DNA of 16,945 bases from assembly GCA_051439605.1 (NCBI GenBank), contig JBFRWN010000005.1, forward strand, positions 1 through 16,945, in the 5' to 3' direction. Both the position numbers and the translations under genes were made by a program. This DNA comes from Synechococcus sp. (GTDB lineage Bacteria; Cyanobacteriota; Cyanobacteriia; Thermostichales; PCC-7336). The notes under the pieces are model-generated. The model saw only the letters and a program-made list of their open reading frames with translations. It did not search any database and was not told the origin of the DNA. Of this stretch, positions 1 through 8,318 are shown piece by piece (position 1 is the stretch's first letter; each line of letters begins with the position of its first letter).

Positions 1-548
1 CTCTATATCCGAGTTTATCCACTATAGATAACTGCCTGTTATTTATGCTCCTCGGCTGAGGTTTGGGCTAGGTGGACTGTTAACTGCCAATTATTTATAC
101 TCCTCAAAGCTGCGGATACACTTGGAGTTATCGAATGCTGGTTCGAGCGGATGGGCTCGCTAGGCGCGTCAATTAGCTAATGCATCGATATTGACGCTGG
201 AGACCAATATCAATGGATAGCTCGCGGCCGGTACCTCCCGTAAATCTGATTCCCCTAAGTGGCAATCTGCAAAAGATAGCGACCAAAGTTGCTACGGCAT
301 GGTTTAGATTCCTTGGCTAACGGGTACCACTTCGGACCTAGGGCAGATATTGGCAAAGGCTAGCTCGTAAGGAATTGAGCTATTTGTGACTAACCGGAAG
401 CGCTACCTACCCCTGAACAACGCCGAATTTACTGATTGCTGGTTCCATGAATGGTTACAGCTCCTGACTTTCAGGCCTCTCCACAAAAGCCGCAAGAATC
501 AGATTTATCAAAACCTCAGCTAGCGATTAGCCTTAAACGTTCACTCCG

Positions 549-2333
549 ATGCCCCTTCCCAACCTCACCCTGGCCACTCTCCAACACCACGCCACTGAGC
601 AATCCTACACCCGAGGTGAAACCTACTTCCGTTCTGGCGCAGTAGTGTCCCTCACCCAGCGTGAACAGATCCTACAGGCCGAAGTCGAAGGCAACGAGGT
701 CAACCCTTACCGAGTCACCATCGACTTTGATGAGGGTGGTGTGACCTATGCTGACTGCACCTGTCCCTACAGTTTTGAAGGCTGGTGTAAGCATATCGTC
801 GCCACCTTGCTAGCCTGCATTCACCAGCCCGAAACCATAGAGCAGCGTCCGACCTTGGCCCAATTGTTGGAGTCGTTAACGCTGTTGCAAACCCAAGGGT
901 TAGTGCAACGCCTGGTCGCAAAACACCCTGGTTTGATCGATTCGATCGATCTGTATGTGAGTCAACTGACCCAACCCGAAGCAGCCCCGACCCCAGCATC
1001 GCCCCCCAAACGCAAAACCAGCGTCGATCCGGCTCCCTTCAAACGACAGGCCAGGGAGATTTTGCGGAGCGCAGTACGAGACTGGGAATATGGCCGAGAG
1101 GATGACGACATCGGATTTGAAATGGGTTCCTTGATCGCCGATGCACTGGCCTTTGCCGAACAAGGGGATGCAGCCAATGCCTTGGTGGCGTTGCAGGGCA
1201 TTACCGAAGGCTGTGTAGATAACTGGCACGAGATTGATGACTTCTGTGGGCTCACACCCCAGGATGTGGATGTAGATTTCGATGCAGCCTGGGCTGAAGC
1301 CATTTTGAGTGCTGACCTGACTGAGGATGAGATTTTAGAGTGGCAAGAAACCCTGGAAGCCTGGCAGTATCGGCTGGGTAGCTTTGCCATGGCCCTAGAG
1401 GCGCTACGACAAGGCTGGGACTATCCGCCCCTAGTGCGGGTTTTGCAAGGAGACATTTCAGATTTGGGGGCCTGGTCGGGGGAAGCGCCTGATTGGGCCG
1501 ATGAGTTTAGCCAGATTCGTCTGAAGATTTTGGCCCGGCAGGAACGATACGAGGAATACCTAAACCTGGCTGAGGCAGAAGGACAGACCCAGCAGTATTT
1601 GACCATGTTGGGGCAGTTGGGGCGGATCGATCGGGCGATGACGGAAGCCCAAACCCAGATGACCACCCTGGCTGAGGCTAAAGCATTGGCAGAGACTTTG
1701 CGATCGCAAAACCAACTGTCCCAAGCTTTAGAAATTGCCTTGCAGGGACTCCGATTTGACGATAAAAACCCCTACATTGCCTTTGATTTTGCCACTTGGA
1801 CCAGTGACCTGGCGGAAGGCATGGGCAACATCAGTGCGGCACTGGAAGCCCGCATCATCGCCTTCAAATCGAAACCGTCTTATCAGGACTATCAAAGGAT
1901 CGAAGCACTGGCGGCGGAAAACTGGCCGGAGGTTCGAGAGACGCTGCTGCAATACTTACACACAGCTCAAACTTGGGGACTAGAGCAGGCACAGATCGAT
2001 GTTTTTCTCCACGAAGGGTTACTAAAGGATGCGATCTCGGTGGCATCGGGTTTAAGAAGCTATCATAGCCAGCTCGTTCAGCGGGTGATGGATGCGGTCA
2101 TTGCCACCCACAGTCAGTGGGTGATTGACAATGCCCGCCCTCGAGCCGAATCAATTATGGATGAGGGTAAGTCCAAGGATTATCAAAGTGCGGTGGAATG
2201 GCTAAAGCGAATTAAGGCGGCTTACCAAGCGCTGGGGAAAGAGGCTGATTGGTCTGTCTATTATCAGACATTGCTCAACCAGCACAGTCGTAAACGCAAG
2301 CTGATGGGACTGATGAAACATAATCAACTGTGA
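549..2333 (+). CDS. SWIM zinc-finger domain protein
   Basis: 594-aa ORF with SWIM motif CTC-x(7)-CKH (ADCTCPYSFEGWCKHIVA) after the typical N-terminal 'SYTRGETYFRSGAV...AEVEG...PYRV' segment, then a long helical region; contains HIP1 at 1700. Confidence 0.9.
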   Translation: MPLPNLTLATLQHHATEQSYTRGETYFRSGAVVSLTQREQILQAEVEGNEVNPYRVTIDFDEGGVTYADCTCPYSFEGWCKHIVATLLACIHQPETIEQRPTLAQLLESLTLLQTQGLVQRLVAKHPGLIDSIDLYVSQLTQPEAAPTPASPPKRKTSVDPAPFKRQAREILRSAVRDWEYGREDDDIGFEMGSLIADALAFAEQGDAANALVALQGITEGCVDNWHEIDDFCGLTPQDVDVDFDAAWAEAILSADLTEDEILEWQETLEAWQYRLGSFAMALEALRQGWDYPPLVRVLQGDISDLGAWSGEAPDWADEFSQIRLKILARQERYEEYLNLAEAEGQTQQYLTMLGQLGRIDRAMTEAQTQMTTLAEAKALAETLRSQNQLSQALEIALQGLRFDDKNPYIAFDFATWTSDLAEGMGNISAALEARIIAFKSKPSYQDYQRIEALAAENWPEVRETLLQYLHTAQTWGLEQAQIDVFLHEGLLKDAISVASGLRSYHSQLVQRVMDAVIATHSQWVIDNARPRAESIMDEGKSKDYQSAVEWLKRIKAAYQALGKEADWSVYYQTLLNQHSRKRKLMGLMKHNQL

Positions 2334-2584
2334 CCTAGGACATGCAACTGAGATTGCCCATGGTGGTGAAAAAACCGCGCTCCAAGTTCCCCGCTCGAAA
2401 ACCCAGCCATCGCCAGCATCGAACCACACGCCAAACGCTCACCTTTGTCATACCCAATCCCCCTTGTCCCAGTAAGGCTTAAAAGCTATCCGAACAGTAT
2501 TGGAACGTGTCACACGCAACGATCCTCGGGGTTTTTGCATATCCCTCGAAAAGGTATAGTTCAGTCACCGACTGATCGCTCATT

Positions 2585-2613
2585 AGTTCGCGATTAGGTA
2601 AGGATTGCGAACT
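2585..2613. other. res-like/recombinase-binding palindrome 1
   Basis: AGTTCGC-N15-GCGAACT, followed by an extra AGTTCGC half-site at 2615-2621. Confidence 0.5.
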
Positions 2614-2727
2614 GAGTTCGCATTTATAATGCATCGGGCATCATGAATGGAAAGTCTTCAAACCCCTTGCCTGTCTTACTTTGAGTGCTGTCGATAGTGT
2701 TTGGCTTCTTACACGATATGGGTTTGA

Positions 2728-2756
2728 AGTTCGCCTTTCCACGTGGATTACGAACT
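2728..2756. other. res-like/recombinase-binding palindrome 2
   Basis: AGTTCGC-N15-ACGAACT; same 29-bp length and same GGATT before the right arm as site 1. Confidence 0.5.
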
Positions 2757-2918
2757 CATCTCGAGGTAAAACTAGCATCTCCTGTTTCAGCACAGGGAGC
2801 AACGGACACTGTTGCCTTAGAGACCGGCTGAAGCCTTGATATCAGGGCATTTCAGCGACTATTGCTTCACCGCATATCTGCTGAATTAAACTTTTTCGGG
2901 GGATATGCAAAAAAAACC

Positions 2919-3017
2919 AATAAAGGGTTGATCCTGGTATTCTCAGATACCCTCTCTGGATCACCAAAACCTGACAAGAGCCCGAAGCTAGGTGAATATG
3001 AAATTAAACAAGCGTGA
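2919..3017 (+). pseudogene. 3' remnant of a cassette ORF truncated at the Tn3-like element
   Basis: Open frame NKGLILVFSDTLSGSPKPDKSPKLGEYEIKQA* starts at the right IR and stops 23 bp before attC 3041. Confidence 0.4.
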
Positions 3018-3040
3018 GACCTGAGTTCTAACACCTGAAC

Positions 3041-3097
3041 GCCTAACAACTCGTCGAAGCGCCATATCTGCAGGCCGCTTAGCCATCGACATTTGGC
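3041..3097 (+). other. attC site (degenerate R')
   Basis: R'' GCCTAAC, arms AAGCG...CGCTT, R' ATTTGGC; 57 bp; first 21 nt are 20/21 identical to attC at 3516. Confidence 0.8.
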
Positions 3098-3118
3098 GAC
3101 TTATCGAGCGAATTCACC

Positions 3119-3508
3119 ATGAGACCACATATCACACTTATCACTCTCGGAGTGCAGGACCTGAACTGTTCAATCGAGTTCTACGAACAGGGGCTAGGCT
3201 TTCCCCGCAAAGAGGGGCCCGAAGGGATCGCATTCTTCGAGACCACAGGCACAATGCTGTCTCTATACCCTAGAGACAAGCTCGCAGAAGACATCACAAT
3301 ATCTCCAGACGGTACTGGCTTTCAGGGATTCACGCTCGCGCACAACGTTGCGTCGCCAGAAGAAGTGGATCGCACACTTGAAGAAGCCGTCGCGGCCGGT
3401 GGTGAGCTGGTAAAGCCGGGCCAAAAGGTATTCTGGGGCGGCTATTCAGGCTATTTTCGGGACCCAGATGGGTTTTATTGGGAAGTCGCACACAATCCGT
3501 TCCTATGA
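3119..3508 (+). CDS. VOC/glyoxalase family protein (gene cassette)
   Basis: ITLITLGVQDL..SIEFYEQGLG, TLAHNV..PEEVD, VFWGGYSGYFRDPDGFYWEVAHNP motifs; flanked by attC sites. Confidence 0.92.
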   Translation: MRPHITLITLGVQDLNCSIEFYEQGLGFPRKEGPEGIAFFETTGTMLSLYPRDKLAEDITISPDGTGFQGFTLAHNVASPEEVDRTLEEAVAAGGELVKPGQKVFWGGYSGYFRDPDGFYWEVAHNPFL

Positions 3509-3515
3509 GTGCGTC

Positions 3516-3582
3516 GCCTAACAACTCGTTGAAGCGGACCGTCTAAGTAGGCACGTCTTTGGCTTTCGCCAATGCCGCGCCT
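3516..3582 (+). other. attC site, right arm deleted
   Basis: R'' GCCTAAC, then AACTCGTTGAAGCGGAC and central hairpin AGGCACGTCTTTGGC-TTTC-GCCAATGCCGCGCCT, fused directly to a transposase fragment; no L' or R'. Confidence 0.8.
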
Positions 3583-3959
3583 GCCCACCATGTAAGGCAT
3601 CACGAAGTCGGGGCGTAACTGATACACCTGGTTGGTGGCGCATAATCGGATGCGACGCATGCGTAGGTCCAGCTTGCGCGAGGTGACAAAGCTATGAAAG
3701 TGGAGCCCCCCTCAAACTGGGCGGGCAATAGCTCGGGGTGCTTCTCCCACAGCTTGACCAGGTAGCAGCGATACGCCGGCGCATCTTCCATCAGCTCCTC
3801 GTAGGTGACTGGATCCTTGACGGGAATGCAGATCGTCTTGTCCCCTCGTTGGGCTGCTGGCATAGTTTCCTGCTTGGCTCACAACGGTTGCGTTACCGTC
3901 TTAGCAGAGGACGCTTGCCACGCCGATTGCCCTCACACCACAGAATCCGTTAGAACCAG
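3583..3959 (-). mobile_element. Truncated, frameshifted unclassified IS (5' end and transposase N-terminus)
   Basis: ORF pieces MPAAQRGDKTICIPV...HPELLP (from 3863) and RRIRLCATNQVYQLRPDFVMPYMVG in different frames; terminus CTGGTTCTAACGGATTCT (3959-3942) identical to 16775-16792. Confidence 0.75.
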
Positions 3960-4327
3960 AATTAGCACAGGTCAGAGAAGACCAGGGGCAGGAGGCGCTT
4001 CTGTCCTCGATGCTCGAACCTGAATCTGGATGGGAAGTGTATGCAGCAGAATTAGCTGGGACTGTGGTCGGTTTTGTATCGGTGCAACTCAATCCAGACA
4101 CACATGTTGGAGAGATCGGACTCAATGCAGTTCACCCAGCTTATTCAGGTAGGGGGGTTGGCACGGCAATGTACAACTTCGCGATCTCTCGAATGAAAGA
4201 AGTAGGCATGAGGGTTGCGACAGTCGCGACAGGCTGAGATCCGAGCCATACCCCAGCACGTCGTGCTTATAAAAAGGCAGGCTTTGCAGTAGAAATGTCC
4301 AGTATTTGGATGTGTCGCACACTTTAA
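3959..4327 (+). pseudogene. GNAT N-acetyltransferase cassette, 5'-truncated and with a nonsense codon
   Basis: Frame ELAQVREDQ...AVHPAYSGRGVGTAMY...VATG*DPSHTPARRAYKKAGF...RTL*; GNAT motifs A and B; in-frame TGA at 4235-4237. Confidence 0.85.
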
Positions 4328-4465
4328 TCCTTGGTGAGTCTGACAAATTCCTCTGCTAAGTTTAGAGCAATGCTACTTGGCTAAGCATTAGCCTGTCTTA
4401 TGCCCTAATCCGAACGAATCATTCGTCGAGTACGTTGGGTCGGAGGCATCTATCGATCTGGTATT

Positions 4466-4554
4466 GCCCAACCCGGCACTGGAGTGGACTTGATTGATCG
4501 CGCTGCGGTCACTTATTAAATCCCAGCGCTCCACTCAGTTTGAAGATGTTATGT
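4466..4554 (+). other. attC site
   Basis: R'' GCCCAAC, CTGGAGTGGA pairs with TCCACTCAG (one bulged base), R' GTTATGT; 89 bp. Confidence 0.8.
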
Positions 4555-4569
4555 GGCTTACGCACGGTA

Positions 4570-5232
4570 ATGGATCCCGAGTCTTACGATCGGTGGTACT
4601 CGACTCCGCGCGGCCAATGGATTGGAAAACGCGAGGCTGAGTTGATTCTTAAGTATCTTCGACCTCGTCCAGGAGAATCGCTACTCGACGTTGGCTGTGG
4701 GACAGGCTTCTTTACTCGTGCACTTGGTGCCTCGATAGACGGACAGGTGACAGGTGTCGACATCAACTCGGAGTGGGTAGCGTATGCCCGTCGTCGCGAT
4801 GCAGGAATGGCTTCCTATGAAGTTGCCGATGCTCGCGCGCTTCCGTTCGCCGATGCGAGCTTCGACTTGGTGGTGTCCATTACGGCACTCTGCTTCATTG
4901 AGGAACAGGACGCTGCAGCCCGCGAGATCCTCCGTGTCGCCCGTCGTCGATTCGCGATTGGCTTGCTCAATCGACACAGCCTGCTTTGGTTGCAGAAGGG
5001 TCGGGGCGGCGGCCGCGGAGGCTACCGGGACGCACATTGGCACACGGTGTGCGAAGCCAGACGCCTTTTCCATGACCTGCCCGTTCGGGATCTGCGGGTG
5101 CGCACGGCCATACAGATACCCAGCGGCGGGCAGTTTGCACGATTCGTCGAGCTTGCAATGCCGTCCTCACTTGCAAGTGGCGGATTCATTTTGGTTGTTG
5201 GCGATGTCGCGACGCCAAAGACTGCCACCTAA
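4570..5232 (+). CDS. Class I SAM-dependent methyltransferase (gene cassette)
   Basis: LLDVGCGTG, VTGVDIN, ADARALPFADASFDLV motifs; ATG 4570 preferred because TTG 4540 lies inside the attC; stop TAA within R''. Confidence 0.92.
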   Translation: MDPESYDRWYSTPRGQWIGKREAELILKYLRPRPGESLLDVGCGTGFFTRALGASIDGQVTGVDINSEWVAYARRRDAGMASYEVADARALPFADASFDLVVSITALCFIEEQDAAAREILRVARRRFAIGLLNRHSLLWLQKGRGGGRGGYRDAHWHTVCEARRLFHDLPVRDLRVRTAIQIPSGGQFARFVELAMPSSLASGGFILVVGDVATPKTAT

Positions 5233-5317
5233 CATCACGATGCACGCGGAGCCGCCGACAGCGTGTGTTTTGAATGGAACGATCGCTCCGGCGACCCGGC
5301 GATCGTGAACGTCAGCC
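5227..5317 (+). other. attC site (R' GTC variant)
   Basis: R'' ACCTAAC, TCACGATGCAC..GCCGCCG pairing with CCGGCGAC..GCGATCGTGA, R' GTCAGCC; 91 bp. Confidence 0.85.
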
Positions 5318-5333
5318 TGTAACAATTAGAAAA

Positions 5334-6428
5334 ATGTATCGGTTCTCTGATATCAATATTCGTCTGATGCATGATGACGAGCGCTTGAACGTGCGATCCA
5401 TTGCGCGTCGTGCTTTCCCTTTTGTCGAGTACTGTTTTTTTCAGTGGACGCCGAATGTCCTGGTTGCCGAACGGGGTGGGCAACTGCAAGGAGCGATTGT
5501 GCTCAAGCTTTTCGATCTCCCTCAGAATCGCAAAGGAGGTTCAATCAGCTGGGTGTTCACAGCGCCAGAGGTACGCGGGCAGGGATTGGGACAATGTCTG
5601 GTTGAAGCAGGTCTCGACTTCCTTGAGTGTCAAGGTTGTGATGAGATTCTGGTCAGTGTTGAAGGTTTCAATACTAGCTCTAGTAAGCTATTCGCGACGC
5701 GTGGATTCGGAATTCTGTCGCCAGGAGCGCAATTCCAACGCTATGGGCTAGCGACATTTACAGTGTGGGCACAGCTGTTTCACTACTTTGATGCAGGTTA
5801 CTTCTTGTGGGCACGCCCTTCCCCTCTTGAAGCAGATAGTCCCATCTCGCAGTGGTGGGGCACTATTGCCGCAAATTCCGCGATCGGATTCTTGATGTTG
5901 TGGCGACAGGGTGTTAGCAGAGCTATGGAGCCGATGATGTGGCTAGCTCTTCCGCCAATACTCATTGTGCTGTTTGGTTTGCGTTATCTGGGCATGTGGT
6001 TGGTGGCGTTTAGGCAAGGGCTTAAGGTGCGCTTCCGTGCCTGGGAATCAGGTTTTCCGATCGGCACGGCGATCGTACTAGCCTTTGGAGGGGCAATGTA
6101 CCCGATACCCGGTGGTGTTTATCCCACGACCAACCAATGGCGATATCGAGATTGGCTTCCCAATTTGGGCTGGATGGCATTTGCCGGAACTCTGCCACTA
6201 TTACTCCTGATATGGGGAGTCTGGATACTCTCACAGCTGGACTTACCATCACCATATCTAAGGGCTTGGCTGAACGTCACGCTTAGGTTGGGGAAACCAT
6301 TGATTCTTTTCGATATTGCTATGCCGTTTTTTCCGTTTATTTGCTTCAATGGACGACGCTTGTGGGATTGGAACAAAATCGTCTGGGGACTGATGGCTGC
6401 AGCAGCTATTGCGGTGTGGTTATTTTAG
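5334..6428 (+). CDS. GNAT acetyltransferase fused to a multi-pass membrane domain
   Basis: VFTAPEVRGQGLGQCL (motif A) and NTSSSKLFATRGF (motif B), then several hydrophobic segments; ATG 5334 chosen because 5274 lies inside the attC. Confidence 0.85.
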   Translation: MYRFSDINIRLMHDDERLNVRSIARRAFPFVEYCFFQWTPNVLVAERGGQLQGAIVLKLFDLPQNRKGGSISWVFTAPEVRGQGLGQCLVEAGLDFLECQGCDEILVSVEGFNTSSSKLFATRGFGILSPGAQFQRYGLATFTVWAQLFHYFDAGYFLWARPSPLEADSPISQWWGTIAANSAIGFLMLWRQGVSRAMEPMMWLALPPILIVLFGLRYLGMWLVAFRQGLKVRFRAWESGFPIGTAIVLAFGGAMYPIPGGVYPTTNQWRYRDWLPNLGWMAFAGTLPLLLLIWGVWILSQLDLPSPYLRAWLNVTLRLGKPLILFDIAMPFFPFICFNGRRLWDWNKIVWGLMAAAAIAVWLF

Positions 6429-6480
6429 TGTTTGAGACGATTATCTCGAAAAGATGAATCAAGCGCGATTTCACATCGCC

Positions 6481-6511
6481 GTAAGCCGGGTTGGCGTAAG
6501 GAAACCCGGCA
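6481..6511. repeat. REP-like hairpin
   Basis: GTAA-GCCGGGTT-N10-AACCCGGC; 8-bp perfect stem preceded by a GTAG-like tetramer. Confidence 0.45.
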
Positions 6512-6560
6512 TTTCCTCCTGCTCGGAACTGTGTTTGTTTCTTCTACATCTGCGGTTGCC

Positions 6561-6648
6561 GCCTAACTATCCGGTTGCACCCGATGGAATACGGTCGATC
6601 GGCCAATATAGTGAGATAACCTTCCACGTATGAACCGGTGTGGTAGAA
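6561..6648 (+). other. attC site (degenerate R')
   Basis: R'' GCCTAAC, CCGGTT(G)CA pairs with TGAACCGG with an extrahelical base, inner TGGAA/TTCCA, R' GGTAGAA; 88 bp. Confidence 0.8.
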
Positions 6649-6661
6649 GTCTATCGAAAAT

Positions 6662-7164
6662 ATGAACATTGAAAAAGACATTGCGAACTGGGATGGAAAG
6701 TCGTCAAGTGATATCGAAGCAATTTACAAATGCTATTGTGATGACGAATCTTTTGTATCTAATCTCCTAGACTTGTCCCAGAATACGGAATTACAAAAAG
6801 GTACATCGTGGTTAATGAAACGCTACCTGGAAGACAATCACAGGTTAGGGAAAAATGAGATTGCAAGCTTATTCAAATTACTTTCTAAACTACAGCACTG
6901 GGAAACGAGAATGCACATTCTCCAGTGCATCCCTTACATGCCAATCGGTCGATCTGAAAGAAAATGGTTGAAGCTTTTTTACGGAGGTGTCTTACGGACA
7001 ACAATAAATTTGTGAGAGCATGGGCGTATAACGGATTTTACGTGATTTCTCTTCAGTACCCAGAGTACAAAGAAGAAACGAAGCAGTTTTTTGAAATGGC
7101 AATGAGAGACGAAGCGCCATCAGTGAAGGCCAGAATTCGGAATATCGTAAAAACTGACTTCTAA
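6662..7164 (+). pseudogene. Frameshifted HEAT/ARM-like helical hypothetical protein (gene cassette)
   Basis: ORFs 6662-7015 and 6964-7164 join across A-rich GAAAGAAAATG (~6956-6966); HEAT-like DNNKFVRAWAY and DEAPSVKAR; stop within R'' TTCTAAC. Confidence 0.8.
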
Positions 7165-7191
7165 CAAGCGCACGCATCCGTGGCGTTAGAT
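7159..7191 (+). other. attC site with internal deletion
   Basis: TTCTAAC-AAGCGCACGCATCCGTGGC-GTTAGAT: both core boxes present but only 33 bp long. Confidence 0.7.
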
Positions 7192-8318
7192 AATGTCCTG
7201 ATTCCAAACTTTCGTGTGTAGCAAGAATCTCACTTCATATGATCTGGAGAATCCTTATATAGCGATCCTATGTCATTCGTAGATTACCAATAGTATCATA
7301 ATCAGACTATAGATGCCGAGTGATTACTGGGATGTCCAAGAGCGATCAGATAGAACATATTGATAAGCATGCAGAAGATACGCTAAAGGAGTTAGAGGAG
7401 TTTATTGCAAGCAATCCTGATCCTCGTGAGCTCAAAAGAGCCTTAGCAGTTCGGATGATGATTGAAGGCCTTAGCCGAACTCAGATTCAAACTCTGCTCG
7501 GGGTATCGCTTCCATTTATCAGTAAGTGGAAAGTGCATTTTGCCTTGGGAGGTGTCGAGGCATTGAGATTAGCTCATCGAGGGTCTGAAGGGTATCTTAA
7601 ATTAGAAGAACGTGAAGAAATTATTGAATGGATCAAAAATCAGAACTCTTGGAGCTTGCCAGAACTAGAGAATCATATTGAATGTAATTATAACATCTGT
7701 TTCAAGTCAAAGCAAAGTTACTACGAGCTATATAAAGAGGCAGGGATCAGTTGGAAGAAGTCTCAAAAGAGGAATCCAAAAAGGAACGAGGAAATAGTCA
7801 AAAAAAAACATCAAGAGGTCTGTGAGCTTCTAGAGTCCAATCGAGAAGATATAGAGTCTGGAAGTCTTGTGGTGTATTTGATTGACGAGTGTCATCTCCT
7901 CTGGAGTGATGTTTGCGGTTACGTCTGGGGTCCAAGTGGAGAGCGAATAGAGATCCCGATAGTGAATGAGCGAGAGAGACAAACTTATTATGGTGCAATA
8001 AATTATGCAACCAGGCAGTTTTTTACGCAAGAATATGATGCTGCCAACTCTAAAAACACGGTCTCTTTTATAAAGTACTTTCAATCTGTAAATCCAGAAA
8101 GTAGACATTTAATAATTTGGGATGGAGCGAGCTATCATAAGTACAAAGAGATGAAGGAATATCTAGAGGAAACCAATCAAGGATTAGATATATCTGAATG
8201 GCGTTTGACTTGTAAGTTATTTGCTCCTAATGCGCCAGAACAAAACCCAGTAGAAGATATCTGGTTGAATGCCAAAAACTGGCTCAGGAAGTGTTGGCAT
8301 GGTTTAAGCTCTTTTTCC

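Larger units (their letters stand above)
2528..2918. mobile_element. Tn3-family-like miniature inverted-repeat element (non-autonomous), ~390 bp
   Basis: Left IR 2528-2564 GGGGTTTTTGCATATCCCTCGAAAAGGTATAGTTCAG; right IR 2881-2918, reverse complement GGTTTTTTTTGCATATCCCCCGAAAAAGTTTAATTCAG. GGGG start, ~38 bp length and internal CGAAAA resemble Tn3 IRs. No ORF inside; no clear target-site duplication (TSD). Confidence 0.65.
2919..7257 (+). mobile_element. Integron gene-cassette array, block 1 (no intI in window; CALIN-like)
   Basis: Six attC-like sites (3041, 3516, 4466, 5227, 6561, 7159) alternate with short co-oriented, unrelated ORFs; stop codons lie in or near R'' boxes. Confidence 0.9.

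Noticed and set aside
1..548. 8-bp IR GCGTCAAT/ATTGACGC (166-197), a startless open frame at ~371-523, and ORF 451-645
   Set aside because: No recognisable motifs; too short to support a gene or operator call.
2340..2502. Possible IS4/IS701-like end (CTATCCGAACAGTATTG, 2486-2502)
   Set aside because: Resembles cyanobacterial CAATACTGTTCG-type termini from memory, but no partner IR or recognisable transposase is present.
2333..3040. intI, attI or Pc upstream of the first cassette
   Set aside because: No tyrosine-recombinase ORF or fragment and no identifiable attI; the space is occupied by the miniature element.
3041..3536. Near-identical 21-mers GCCTAACAACTCGTYGAAGCG as CRISPR or direct repeats
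   Set aside because: Only two copies, 475 bp apart and flanking a gene; explained as attC left arms.
4235..4237. In-frame TGA in GNAT as selenocysteine or readthrough
   Set aside because: Position fits a Gly (GGA to TGA) in TGGDP, and the gene is already 5'-truncated; simple nonsense mutation.
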